The notes below the pieces were generated by a model. That model saw only the letters and a list, made by a program, of their open reading frames with translations. It was not told the origin of the DNA and did not search any database. The position numbers were made by a program, and so were the translations under genes. Below are positions 1 to 9,743 of a stretch of DNA of 38,737 nt, one piece after another (the stretch's first letter is position 1; every line of letters begins with the position of its first letter). Source of the DNA: Promethearchaeota archaeon (lineage in GTDB: Archaea > Asgardarchaeota > Lokiarchaeia > Sigyniarchaeales > SOKP01). The stretch covers positions 1 to 38,737 of the forward strand of contig SDNY01000021.1 of assembly GCA_004524535.1 (NCBI GenBank), given 5' to 3'.

Positions 1-149
1 CGTATATTTGGAATAGAGAGAATCCTTAATTATATACTGAAAAAAACACGACATAATTTAAGATGGTATAGAAACACTATAAAAAAGTTATTTAAGACGA
101 GAAAATTAAAAAATAGTAAGAATTGGAATAGTTAAAATTTCCTCAATTA

Positions 150-1553
150 TTAAAGTTTTAGTTCTTTCAATTTATTTTTAATAATTTGAACTTTTTCGGG
201 CTTAAGATCATAAATTTTCCACATACATAGGAATCCGATAAAATAAAAGAATGCAGGGACTGCAAACATACCAATAAGAATTCCCCACTGTGCTAGAGGT
301 GATTGATTAGTAGCTTTTGGATTGAAATGAGTAAGAATGTGCAATATTCCGAATGTTAAGGCCTGAATTACGATGGAAAGGCGTCCAAAAAATGTACGTA
401 AGCCATAATAAACACCTTCATCTCGTTTTTCCGTTTCAACTACAATTTCATCAATTACATCTGAAAAACATGGATAGAGTAGGGTCCAAGGTGCTCCCAT
501 AGAGATTCCAATCAAAATCATACCTACCATTATTCCATAGAAATCTGTAATAAACATTGCAATTGTCAGAAAAAGGGCTGTACCCCCAGTCCCACACATG
601 TATCCGATTCTATTCCCATATCTTCGAGCTACCATTATCCATATTGGAGCCGAAGCCACGCTTGCTAGGAGAAATACTAATAATAAAATTAATTCTTCTA
701 TTGGAGTAATTTTCGTAATATATTGCGCCCAATAGGGAATCGATGCAAGCAATAGTGCCATAACGGTCGTTTGTGCGAGATATGCAAAAAGATATGCCAT
801 GAAATTTTTTTGTTTAACAGCATATTTCAATATTTTAAGATAAGGTTCACGATCTTCTCTTTTTTCGATCCGAAAGGTACGATCTATCATTTGTCTATCT
901 TCGCGCATACCAGGTAACATAATTAAGACAGTAATGGCGCAAATAATTGTGATTATTAATGCAGTAATGAAATAAGATTCAATATTTGTCCCAGGGGGTC
1001 TTGTTGTAATGATTAGCAGAGGTATTATCATTCCTACACTCAATCCGAGTAAGGAGAAAAGAATTTGAAATCCAGCTACTTTAGTACGTTCCTTTTGTTC
1101 TCGAAATTTATCAGGAAAGATCGACTGCCAAGAAATCGTCATAAACGAAAATAGCGTATCGAATATGCAAAGAAACGCCAACATCCATAAAAAAATAATA
1201 AATTCATTGCTAGCTGGCGGAGTAAAAATAAATACAAAAAGTAATGAACATGGAATGGCCGTAATTATAAACCATGTGAATCTTTTTCCTTTAGCTTTCA
1301 TAAATTTTATGTTTCTATCAGAAAGGTGACCTGCGATTGGATCATTAATCATATTCCATAATCCATACATAACCACTGCAATAGTTATAAATATAATAGG
1401 TAAGAAGACTTCAGTCTCATAAAATTTAAACACCCATATACTTAAAGCAGTAGCTACAAAATCATTGAAAAAACTCCCAAGAGCGTATGAAAGATGAATT
1501 CCTGTAGAAGAGTTGTCTTCGATGGAAATATTACCCTCATGTATTTTACTCAT
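150..1553 (-). CDS. MFS transporter, GPH (glycoside-pentoside-hexuronide)/MelB-like family
   Basis: About 12 hydrophobic segments; 'WNMINDPIAGHLSDR' and 'FSDVIDE...RDEGVYYG' motifs typical of GPH symporters. Confidence 0.85.
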   Translation of the reverse strand: MSKIHEGNISIEDNSSTGIHLSYALGSFFNDFVATALSIWVFKFYETEVFLPIIFITIAVVMYGLWNMINDPIAGHLSDRNIKFMKAKGKRFTWFIITAIPCSLLFVFIFTPPASNEFIIFLWMLAFLCIFDTLFSFMTISWQSIFPDKFREQKERTKVAGFQILFSLLGLSVGMIIPLLIITTRPPGTNIESYFITALIITIICAITVLIMLPGMREDRQMIDRTFRIEKREDREPYLKILKYAVKQKNFMAYLFAYLAQTTVMALLLASIPYWAQYITKITPIEELILLLVFLLASVASAPIWIMVARRYGNRIGYMCGTGGTALFLTIAMFITDFYGIMVGMILIGISMGAPWTLLYPCFSDVIDEIVVETEKRDEGVYYGLRTFFGRLSIVIQALTFGILHILTHFNPKATNQSPLAQWGILIGMFAVPAFFYFIGFLCMWKIYDLKPEKVQIIKNKLKELKL

Positions 1554-1600
1554 TTATATTATTCCCACTTTAATTTAATTCAATTTTTTTGAAATTTTAA

Positions 1601-3295
1601 TTAGTCCAATGGAAAAATCTGTTTACCACGATGATAAGTAGCGATTATTTTAAGTTCTCTCAATTTATCTATTGGTTGAGTCATAATATTATGGTCTAAT
1701 ATAACAAAATCTGCTAATTTTCCTTTTTCAAGACTTCCTTTTATGGTTTCTTGCCCGAGTGAATAGGCACCGTTATATGTGAACATCCTGAGAGCTTCAG
1801 AAATGGAAATAGACTGTTCGGGGACAAAACCATTTCTCGTAACACATGCTTGGAATGCATCCAATACACTTGGAGATTCGATTGGTGCATCAGAAGCTCC
1901 AGCTAAAATGATTCCTGAATCAATTATAGATCTAAAGGGATAGACATATTTGATTCTTTCAGGACCTAATCGTTCCTCGAGCCATGTATATTCGCTGTTA
2001 ATAAATGACGGTTGACTTACGAATATTAAACACAAATCTGCAGCATCTGCCAAAGTTTTTTCATTAATAAGAGATGCATGCTCAATCCGGCATCTTAATA
2101 ATTTATTTTTTTTATTCTCATTAATGACATCTCTGAACACATCTACTACTATTCTATTTGCTTGATCACCTATTGCATGGCAAGCTATTGGAAAACCTAG
2201 TTTATATGATTCATTAAATAATTCATAGAGCTTATCTTTCTCTAATATCATAAATCCCGTTTTTCCTTCGGGTGAATCCGTGAAAGGTTCAAACATATAT
2301 GATGTAGACGCTCCAAAACTACCATCAGCCCAGAGTTTTAGACCTCCAATAGTATATTTATCGTCCTCACCAAATAATTTAGAAAATGATCTTTTAACTT
2401 GATTTATTTTCTTAGGTTTGTAAGTTGCTAAATAAAAAACAAAGTCTTGCTCGATTACTCCTTCTTTAAGAATATATTTTATAAACGGCAATTCTACGCT
2501 TCCAATTTTTCCTGCAATTCCCGTTTCACCTATTTGAATAATAACGCCACAGGTAGTAATCCCAAATGTCGCTAATTCATAGGTGAATTTTTTAGCAGCT
2601 TCCATAAACCGTTCACTACTAGGAATAGCGATATTTTCTAAAGCATAAGATGTGGCTCCTTCTGTAAAAACACCTGTTGGATTTCCTTCCGCATCTAATT
2701 GGATTTCTCCCGAGTCTGGAGTGAATTCTTTAGCATTATCTTTAGTAATACCTATTTTTTCTAATGCAATTGAATTTACAGAACAGATATGCCCGTCATA
2801 TCTAAGGATAATAACTGGTCTATTGGGGCACATTTCATCTAATTTATATCTATCTGGAAAATAATGTTCGCCCGGATCTTCGAATCTTTGTTCCATTAGG
2901 TTGTATCCAAAAATCCATTCATTTTCTTCCCTGATGCTATCTTCGCTATTTAAAATTGCCTCTAATTCAGAATAGCCTTTTACAAGCACCAAATTGACCT
3001 GTGTTTTAAAATAGATTGCCATAACCGCGTGAAGGTGCGAATCAATAAAACCCGGAACTATGCATGCTCCATCCAAGTTTTTTTCTATTAACCTAATATT
3101 TTTATTTGAATCTCTTTTAAAATTTTCCTTAAAAGTATCAATTTCGTTTCGAACCTCGATTAATTCTCCAATAGCTATGATTTTATCCTTAAATATAGCC
3201 ATCGCTTCTGCCTTGGAATCATTTTTATCAACTGTTAAGATAGTGCAATTATAAAAAAGATTAATTATTAGATTATTCATTTTGTAGCCACTCAT
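1601..3295 (-). CDS. YtcJ-like metal-dependent amidohydrolase (Amidohydro_3)
   Basis: PGFIDSHLH, KLWADGS, HAIGD, RIEH, ASDAP and GSLEKGKLADFVIL motifs. Confidence 0.88.
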   Translation of the reverse strand: MSGYKMNNLIINLFYNCTILTVDKNDSKAEAMAIFKDKIIAIGELIEVRNEIDTFKENFKRDSNKNIRLIEKNLDGACIVPGFIDSHLHAVMAIYFKTQVNLVLVKGYSELEAILNSEDSIREENEWIFGYNLMEQRFEDPGEHYFPDRYKLDEMCPNRPVIILRYDGHICSVNSIALEKIGITKDNAKEFTPDSGEIQLDAEGNPTGVFTEGATSYALENIAIPSSERFMEAAKKFTYELATFGITTCGVIIQIGETGIAGKIGSVELPFIKYILKEGVIEQDFVFYLATYKPKKINQVKRSFSKLFGEDDKYTIGGLKLWADGSFGASTSYMFEPFTDSPEGKTGFMILEKDKLYELFNESYKLGFPIACHAIGDQANRIVVDVFRDVINENKKNKLLRCRIEHASLINEKTLADAADLCLIFVSQPSFINSEYTWLEERLGPERIKYVYPFRSIIDSGIILAGASDAPIESPSVLDAFQACVTRNGFVPEQSISISEALRMFTYNGAYSLGQETIKGSLEKGKLADFVILDHNIMTQPIDKLRELKIIATYHRGKQIFPLD

Positions 3296-3310
3296 CCACT
3301 TTTTTTGTTA

Positions 3311-4480
3311 TTATTTTAATGTTTCTGTTGAAGCGACTTTGTATTTGTCTAAGGCTCTCTCGTCAAGTTCTATTCCCCAGCCAGGACCAGAAGGAACTTT
3401 AGCCGTCCCTCCTTCATAATTTAGAGGTTTTGTAATGAGATCGTCCTCCATCATTTCGGTTCCAAAAAGTTCGGCGGCATAACTAAAGGAATGATATCTA
3501 GCTGTGGCTATATGGATATGCATAGCAGAAGCAATACCAAGTGGTTGATCGTGTATCACAGCGCCAAGGCCTCGTTGTTCAGCGTAATTTAATGCTCTTA
3601 AGGCGTTTGTGACTCCTCCTGGTCTTGTGGAATTTAATCCGAGGACCCCTACTGCTCCCATTTCTACTAATGTAATAAAATCTCGCAATGTAAAAAAATC
3701 TTCATGCGACATTAAAGGAGTAACCACGCGCTTTTGTACATAAGCTAAGCCAATATAATCGTTATTACGTACTGGTTGTTCAGCAAAATCAATACCAAAT
3801 GGGTCAATCGCTTTAATGGCGCGAATTGCTTCATTAGGATTAGGATACGCTTGATTATAATCAACGCGTAGATTTACTTTAGAACCTAAAGCCTTTCTTA
3901 TTATTTCACAAATTTCAATATCTTCTTCTATGCTATTTCCAAGTTTTAATCTAAAAGTCCGAAAACCTCGTTTGTAATAACTTTTAGCAATTCCTCTCAT
4001 TAACATAGGATCGGCAAGTGGTATAAGTGCTGCGAGCGGAATCTCATCTATAGTTTTTCCTCCTATAAGATCATACACAGGTCGCCCCAAAATTTTTCCC
4101 ATTAAATCGTAGCATGCCATATCTAAAAGTCCTTTAGCTACCTCATTTAATGCTACATTGATATTCATCTTATATCGTATCTTCTCAACATTGAAAGGGC
4201 TCTCCCCTATAACATATCTATGTAAGGCCTGCTTTATAACGCTAATAATTTGATCGGGTAATATACCTGACTCGGGTAACCAAACAAATGACTCTCCAAT
4301 CCCAACATTGCCATCATCTGCAATAAGCTTACAAATAACAAAATCTCCACCTAACCAAGGTTCTTCAGCTGGAATTGCCATTCCTAAACCCCCTTCAGTT
4401 TCTCCCAATGCATGTCTTACTGCTTCTTTGAATGGGACGTGTATTGGAGTCAATTCTATACTTATAATTTTAGGATTCAT
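3311..4480 (-). CDS. Enolase superfamily protein (mandelate racemase/muconate lactonizing enzyme-like)
   Basis: LDMACYDLMGKILGRPVYDLIGG capping-domain motif; RVDYN, EQP and GPGWGIELD motifs. Confidence 0.88.
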   Translation of the reverse strand: MNPKIISIELTPIHVPFKEAVRHALGETEGGLGMAIPAEEPWLGGDFVICKLIADDGNVGIGESFVWLPESGILPDQIISVIKQALHRYVIGESPFNVEKIRYKMNINVALNEVAKGLLDMACYDLMGKILGRPVYDLIGGKTIDEIPLAALIPLADPMLMRGIAKSYYKRGFRTFRLKLGNSIEEDIEICEIIRKALGSKVNLRVDYNQAYPNPNEAIRAIKAIDPFGIDFAEQPVRNNDYIGLAYVQKRVVTPLMSHEDFFTLRDFITLVEMGAVGVLGLNSTRPGGVTNALRALNYAEQRGLGAVIHDQPLGIASAMHIHIATARYHSFSYAAELFGTEMMEDDLITKPLNYEGGTAKVPSGPGWGIELDERALDKYKVASTETLK

Positions 4481-4720
4481 TATTAAATTAACCTAAGGTT
4501 TTTTTTAAATTTATATCAATATTAAAAAATTGAATTTAATTAGTTATAATAATTTACTTTTTAATTAGAAATGATATGACCTAATTATTTTTTCATATCT
4601 CTCAATTTCTACATTTTAGTAAGTAAAAAAAGCAAATTTATATTTTTAACAAATCTTTTTATCTAATATGCTCTCATGATTTAAGAGGGTCTAGAGAACA
4701 AATAAGACACGGAAAAATTT

Positions 4721-5320
4721 ATGATACCCCCTTCAAATAACCGTTATGTTTTTAAGATATGCATTTTAGGATCTGGAGGAATCGGGAAAACCTGCTATGC
4801 AAATAGGCTTTGCTTAAATAAATATGATGATAATACGAAATTGACTATTGGAATTGATTTTTATAGTTATGAACTTCCAATTATAATTAAGAACAAGGAT
4901 TCACTCGTCTCTGTTACAATCTGGGATTTTGGAGGGCAAGAACAATTTCAAATACTATTTCCTTCTTATATTAGTGGTGTGAGTGGTGTATTAATGGTCT
5001 TTTCTCTCATTAATATGCAAAGTTTAATCCGATTGGATTGGTGGTACGAACGACTTTTTAAAAATGTTGATAAAAATAAAGTTCCTCGAGTTGTGTTAGG
5101 GACTAAGTACGACTTAATTCAAACTGCATCTGAAATTAGATCTGAACTTGGTCCTGATAAAATTAATGATTTAGTAATTGATCAATTCTTATATAGACAT
5201 GATGAGAAGGATTTTTTCAGATGCTCTTCAAAAGAAAATTACAATATTTCCAAGAGTTTTAAAGTTCTCATAAAAAAAATATTGGATACTCAAAATATGG
5301 ATTATGATTGGATTCCTTAA
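4721..5320 (+). CDS. Ras-superfamily (Rab-like) small GTPase
   Basis: G1 GSGGIGKT, G2 TIG, G3 WDFGGQ, G4 TKYD, G5 CSSK; no C-terminal prenylation cysteines. Confidence 0.9.
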   Translation: MIPPSNNRYVFKICILGSGGIGKTCYANRLCLNKYDDNTKLTIGIDFYSYELPIIIKNKDSLVSVTIWDFGGQEQFQILFPSYISGVSGVLMVFSLINMQSLIRLDWWYERLFKNVDKNKVPRVVLGTKYDLIQTASEIRSELGPDKINDLVIDQFLYRHDEKDFFRCSSKENYNISKSFKVLIKKILDTQNMDYDWIP

Positions 5321-5467
5321 AGTGATTTGATTCATTTAAATTCATCAGTTACTATTTAACTTAATCATTTTACATCTTTTATCTATAAGTAAAAATAATT
5401 TAGTATAGAAAAAAGGAGATTTTTTTATATATTATTTTGAAATTAATGCCAAACTATTATAATATTT

Positions 5468-5863
5468 TTAAAGTGATAAAAATTCTTCTTTTGACATATA
5501 CTGTCTATGCTTCTGGTCTGCCCATAGTTTACGATAAAAGTAGAAATATTCATATAAATCGTATTTATTTGGGGAATATATTAATATTCCATTTTCGATT
5601 ATATCGATTTTTATATGTAGAGGTAATTCTGAAAAAATGCGTATATCATATTTTTTTTTCACTACATTAATATTCCCTACTATAAACGATAATAATTCAA
5701 AATTATCTTCATCCGGAGCGACGATGCAGATATCTACATCGCTCTTGATGGTCTCTTGATCTTTTGCTAAAGATCCATATAATAATATCCCAATAATCTT
5801 CCTTTTTTCTATTATATATAAGAAATCGTTGTAAATTTCCTTTATACGCTCTTTTGCAGCCAA
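5468..5863 (-). CDS. mntA: Minimal nucleotidyltransferase (MNT) antitoxin
   Basis: GS-x10-DVD motif (YGSLAKDQETIKSDVDI); overlaps the HEPN gene. Confidence 0.88.
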   Translation of the reverse strand: MAAKERIKEIYNDFLYIIEKRKIIGILLYGSLAKDQETIKSDVDICIVAPDEDNFELLSFIVGNINVVKKKYDIRIFSELPLHIKIDIIENGILIYSPNKYDLYEYFYFYRKLWADQKHRQYMSKEEFLSL

Positions 5864-6279
5864 CTATCAATAGCCTCTTTATATTTTTCTAGCTCTTCTA
5901 GATATTTTTGAATGCTTTTAAACGCAATTTCTTCATCAAGACTATTATAACTATGAACTATTCTATTTCTTAAACCATTTGCTTGTTTCAAATTATACGA
6001 TAAATCTTTAGAAATAATTCCTTTTTCTGCTAAAACATCGAGGTTAATATAATCATCTTTTGGAATTACTTTTAAATCCTTTATAATCATGGCTGTTAAA
6101 TCTGTTATTATTTCCAGTATAATTTGGTAAGCGTGATATATCGAAAATTGTTCTCTTAAAGTTAATTTAGTAATAAATTCTTTTTCATTTAAATCTTTAG
6201 TCCATTCTTTTAATTTTCCAATTAATTTTGCAAAATATTCTTCTTTTTCTTTATAACGTTGAACTCGTTCTTCATTCAT
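5842..6279 (-). CDS. hepT: HEPN (DUF86/HepT-like) ribonuclease toxin
   Basis: R-x4-H-x-Y motif (LRNRIVHSY); paired with MNT. Confidence 0.88.
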   Translation of the reverse strand: MNEERVQRYKEKEEYFAKLIGKLKEWTKDLNEKEFITKLTLREQFSIYHAYQIILEIITDLTAMIIKDLKVIPKDDYINLDVLAEKGIISKDLSYNLKQANGLRNRIVHSYNSLDEEIAFKSIQKYLEELEKYKEAIDSWLQKSV

Positions 6280-6338
6280 AATATCATAAATTATTATTTC
6301 TAATTATTTGAATTTTTCTTACTTTTTTACTTAATAAT

Positions 6339-6470
6339 TATGAAAAGAGTAAGCTTGTTCGAATCTTGATAAGGCTTGAGGATAAAGTATATTCATTTAC
6401 GATCCCTCTAGATGGAAATCAAGTAGTGAGTGTCTCAAAAGATAATACTGTAAAAATTTAGGATTTATAA
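6339..6470 (+). pseudogene. Degenerate single WD40 repeat remnant
   Basis: Frame reads YEKSKLVRILIRLEDKVYSFTIPLDGNQVVSVSKDNTVKI*DL*, matching the WD40 consensus with TAG at the Trp position. Confidence 0.7.
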
Positions 6471-6514
6471 GAAGCAATAAAATAATTTTATTTTATTAAA
6501 TTCTTTTTTAGAAT

Positions 6515-7246
6515 TTATTCCAATAGTTCTTCTAATTCTCTATCAGAAAGAAATCCTTTATATTGCATTTTTTTTCTAATTTTTTCTAAAATATCTGTAG
6601 TTGAATGAGAAGCTTCTGTTTTTTTTTCTAAAGTTTCAAATTTTTCAGTTAAATCATTCAATTCATTAACCTTGGTTTTTAAATTACTTTTATAACTTTC
6701 AATTTCTTTCTCCTTCTCTTTTAGCTGGTGTGTCAAATTATTTGATTGTTCTGCCATTTTACTTAATTTTTTATCTTTTTCTTCTAACTCAGATTTTATA
6801 TTTTTTATGCCGCTCATTTCCTCTTCTTTCTTTTTTAATTCCTCTTTTAATCTTTTTATTTCATTATCCTCTTCTTTATTTTTTAATTCCTCTTTTAATC
6901 TCTTTATTTCATTCTCCCTTTCTTTAAGAGTTTTTTTCAATTTAGAAGCCTTTTCTGAAGAAGTATCCAACTTTATTATTTCATTAGAAACTTTTGTCTC
7001 AGATTCTCTTAATTTCTTTTTTAATTCTGCTATTTCATTTTCCCCTGAAGCATTTTTTTCGTTTAACTCATTTAAATTTTTTACTGTAGCTTTTAGTTTT
7101 TCTTTAGTTAAGATTAGTTCTTTTTTATTTTTATCTAAATCTTTAGCCAAATCGTTAACTTTCGTTCTAAACTCTAATAGAATTCTTCCCTCTACTTTTT
7201 GTGCTTTTTTAGGGGATTCCTTACATTTAACCCAATCAATACTAAT
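6515..7246 (-). CDS. Coiled-coil protein; ORF probably extends upstream of the called TTG (7150) to an ATT at 7246
   Basis: E/K-rich heptads; frame open for 32 more codons (xSIDWVKCKESPKKAQKVEGRILLEFRTKVND); AGGTGA SD-like site 6 nt upstream of the ATT. Confidence 0.7.
   Translation of the reverse strand: MSIDWVKCKESPKKAQKVEGRILLEFRTKVNDLAKDLDKNKKELILTKEKLKATVKNLNELNEKNASGENEIAELKKKLRESETKVSNEIIKLDTSSEKASKLKKTLKERENEIKRLKEELKNKEEDNEIKRLKEELKKKEEEMSGIKNIKSELEEKDKKLSKMAEQSNNLTHQLKEKEKEIESYKSNLKTKVNELNDLTEKFETLEKKTEASHSTTDILEKIRKKMQYKGFLSDRELEELLE
6819..6913. repeat. 48-bp-period tandem duplication inside the coiled-coil gene
   Basis: NEIKRLKEELK(N/K)KEE encoded twice with near-identical DNA. 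Confidence 0.85.
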
Positions 7247-7382
7247 TTTTCTTCACCTAATATCCTTAATCACAAATAAAATTAGAATAAGACAATATTA
7301 ATTGGTGATTTATTAAATATTATTTTTATCTTTTTTCAATAAACTAAATGAAACTACTTTTTTGATATTATAATCCATTATT

Positions 7383-8399
7383 TTAAAATGAAGTGCCTTC
7401 CAAGATTGGATTATTCTCTGATTTGTATTTAACTAAAGTTAAAGCGCCTCTTACACCAATTTCATCTCTATATTTTGTTATTTTTATTTTAGGGGGATGA
7501 TTTATTGTAAATTTAATTGGATCTTTCTCAAATTGTTCAATTAATGGGGGAATTATTTGCATTTCATCCTTTATCATAGCACCCCCAAAATATATAGTTG
7601 AAACATCGTAATAATTGTTAATCAATCCAATACCAACCTTACAATAAAATATGCACTCATCTACAATTTTTTTAGAAAGTATGTCTCCTTCTCTTGCTGC
7701 TTGAAATACTTCTTTAGCAGTAATTTTAGATTTGTTTCCATTTACTATACCTAGTAAAATATCTGCGTTTAACTCCCCATCGTTTAATGCGTTTAATGTT
7801 CTTAGTTTAACTCCTGTACCTGAACTATAGACTTCCCAGCATCCATATGCACCACAATTACATTGGATTGTGCTTTTTGGTTCAACTATTCCATGTCCAA
7901 TTTCAACCGCATTTCCCTCCTTTCCAAGTAATAAGTGACCATTACAAATAGCTCCTCCTCCAACTCCGGTTGATACTGTAATATAAACAAGATTCTCTTT
8001 TTCATCATCATCCGCTTCAAAATATTGGACTCCTAATACTGCTGCATTACAATCATTAATTAAATATATCGGAATTCCTGGGAATTTTTCTTCAATGGGC
8101 CCTTTTAAGGGTATGATTCTAAAGCCTAAGTTTGGATTGTTAAAACCTTCACCCTTAATAATATCAATAGGGCCTGCCATGGCTAACCCAATCCCGATAA
8201 TCTGTTCATTTTTAATATCATTTTCTGATAATAACGCAGATAACAGCTTAACCACAGAATTACTTATTGAGTATTTATTTTCCTTTAAGGTTTCTGTGAT
8301 TTTAATTTTAATGTTTTTATCTATTAAATCTGGTGTACATATCGCAACTCGAATCCAAGTGCCACCAATATCTACTCCTACGATGAATTTTTCATCCAT
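7383..8399 (-). CDS. ROK family sugar kinase (glucokinase-like)
   Basis: VGVDIGGT, NDCNAA, STGVGGG, EIGH and CNCGAYGCWE Zn motif. Confidence 0.9.
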   Translation of the reverse strand: MDEKFIVGVDIGGTWIRVAICTPDLIDKNIKIKITETLKENKYSISNSVVKLLSALLSENDIKNEQIIGIGLAMAGPIDIIKGEGFNNPNLGFRIIPLKGPIEEKFPGIPIYLINDCNAAVLGVQYFEADDDEKENLVYITVSTGVGGGAICNGHLLLGKEGNAVEIGHGIVEPKSTIQCNCGAYGCWEVYSSGTGVKLRTLNALNDGELNADILLGIVNGNKSKITAKEVFQAAREGDILSKKIVDECIFYCKVGIGLINNYYDVSTIYFGGAMIKDEMQIIPPLIEQFEKDPIKFTINHPPKIKITKYRDEIGVRGALTLVKYKSENNPILEGTSF

Positions 8400-8474
8400 T
8401 TTTAAATAATATTTCTTGTTTCTGATTATTGAGGTTAAATTTTTAGTAAAAGAAAAAAGAAATTTATAGTTTTA

Positions 8475-9731
8475 TTAATCTTCTAAAGCGTCTAAAAACA
8501 ATTCTACCAAATCTACCATTTTTATATCAGAATTGAGCGCATCAATGGCGTCAAATAAGTTCCTAAAACAAAAAGGACATGTACTTACTAAGATTTTTAC
8601 ACCAGTTTCCTTAGCATCCTCAACACGATTTTTAGCCATTTCAAGAGCTAAATCAGGAAAGCCCTTCTTTACACCGCCTCCTGCCCCGCAACACATGGCC
8701 CCTTCTCGATTTGTCTTCATTTCAACGAGATTGGAGATTTTATTAAGTATATTTCTTGGTACTTCATATAAGCCCATATGTCTTCCAATATGACATGGAT
8801 CATGATATGTTATATTAATATCCAATTTTTTTAATTTAAGGTTTTTTTGGGCAATAAGTTCGTTTAAAAACTCAACTGTGTGTAAAATCTCTATCCCTTC
8901 TAATTTATTTCCATAATCTTTTTTAAGAGTTCGATAACAACCAGCACAACTTGTGATAATTTTCTTTATTCCTCTCTCTTTAAATAATTTAGCGTTTTTT
9001 TCTGCCACTACTTCGAAAGCTTTCCTATCACCCGTCCGCATTGCTACACTTCCACAGCAAACCTCATTTTCTCCAAAGATAGAAAAATCTACGCCCAATT
9101 TGTGTAATATTTTAGCTGTAGCTATCGCAACATTATGAATTTGAGATGTTAATGCTGCTGTACATCCGACAAAATATAAGACTTCAGCATTTTCTTTACT
9201 AGCGTTTTTTATTTTAAAATCCAACTTTTCAGTCCATTCAGTCTTCTCTTTATTATCTCTGCCATAAGGATTTAATAATTCAACCATAGCTTTGTTCATA
9301 GGTATATGTGATTCTAATGCAAATCCTGCTTCTACCAAATCTGCTCTCAGTGCTTCATAAGTTCTAACATTTTCAGCCCAATTATGGTTAGCAAAATTAA
9401 TTTTTTCATTAAAAGAATTATGACAAAACTCCTCACATGCACCACATAAAGAACATTGAAATATGATCTCGCTCAGTTCTGGACTCAATTCTAAATCCCC
9501 CCATAATAATCCTTTTAAAATGAGGTTTTTCCCTCGTGCGAAGTATGGTTCGAATTTTGGGGTAACCTCAGTTTGATATACAGGGCATACATAATATATT
9601 CCTGCAAAAGGTGCTTGAGGCGTTCTACATTGACCACACTGCACACAGGCAAAAGCAGCTGATCTCAATTCTTCTAAATTCTTTAATTGTCCTTTATTTC
9701 CATTTTTTTGAATTTCTTTACTATCGCTCAT
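8475..9731 (-). CDS. Fe-S oxidoreductase with two CCG domains (GlcF/GlpC/HdrD-like)
   Basis: CVQCGQC...CP and CSLCGACEEFC; VCCG, TSCAGC, YHDPCH, MCCGAGGG, STCPFC; ATG at 9731 preceded by GGTGA (track start 9743). Confidence 0.88.
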   Translation of the reverse strand: MSDSKEIQKNGNKGQLKNLEELRSAAFACVQCGQCRTPQAPFAGIYYVCPVYQTEVTPKFEPYFARGKNLILKGLLWGDLELSPELSEIIFQCSLCGACEEFCHNSFNEKINFANHNWAENVRTYEALRADLVEAGFALESHIPMNKAMVELLNPYGRDNKEKTEWTEKLDFKIKNASKENAEVLYFVGCTAALTSQIHNVAIATAKILHKLGVDFSIFGENEVCCGSVAMRTGDRKAFEVVAEKNAKLFKERGIKKIITSCAGCYRTLKKDYGNKLEGIEILHTVEFLNELIAQKNLKLKKLDINITYHDPCHIGRHMGLYEVPRNILNKISNLVEMKTNREGAMCCGAGGGVKKGFPDLALEMAKNRVEDAKETGVKILVSTCPFCFRNLFDAIDALNSDIKMVDLVELFLDALED

Positions 9732-9743
9732 ATTAATCACCAA

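Noticed and set aside
6459-6461. TAG in the WD40 relic as possible pyrrolysine readthrough
   Set aside because: It sits at a Trp (TGG) position, is followed by TAA three codons later, and the frame has no start codon
6807-7301. 164-aa F/S/L-rich + strand ORF
   Set aside because: Antisense shadow of the E/K-rich coiled-coil gene
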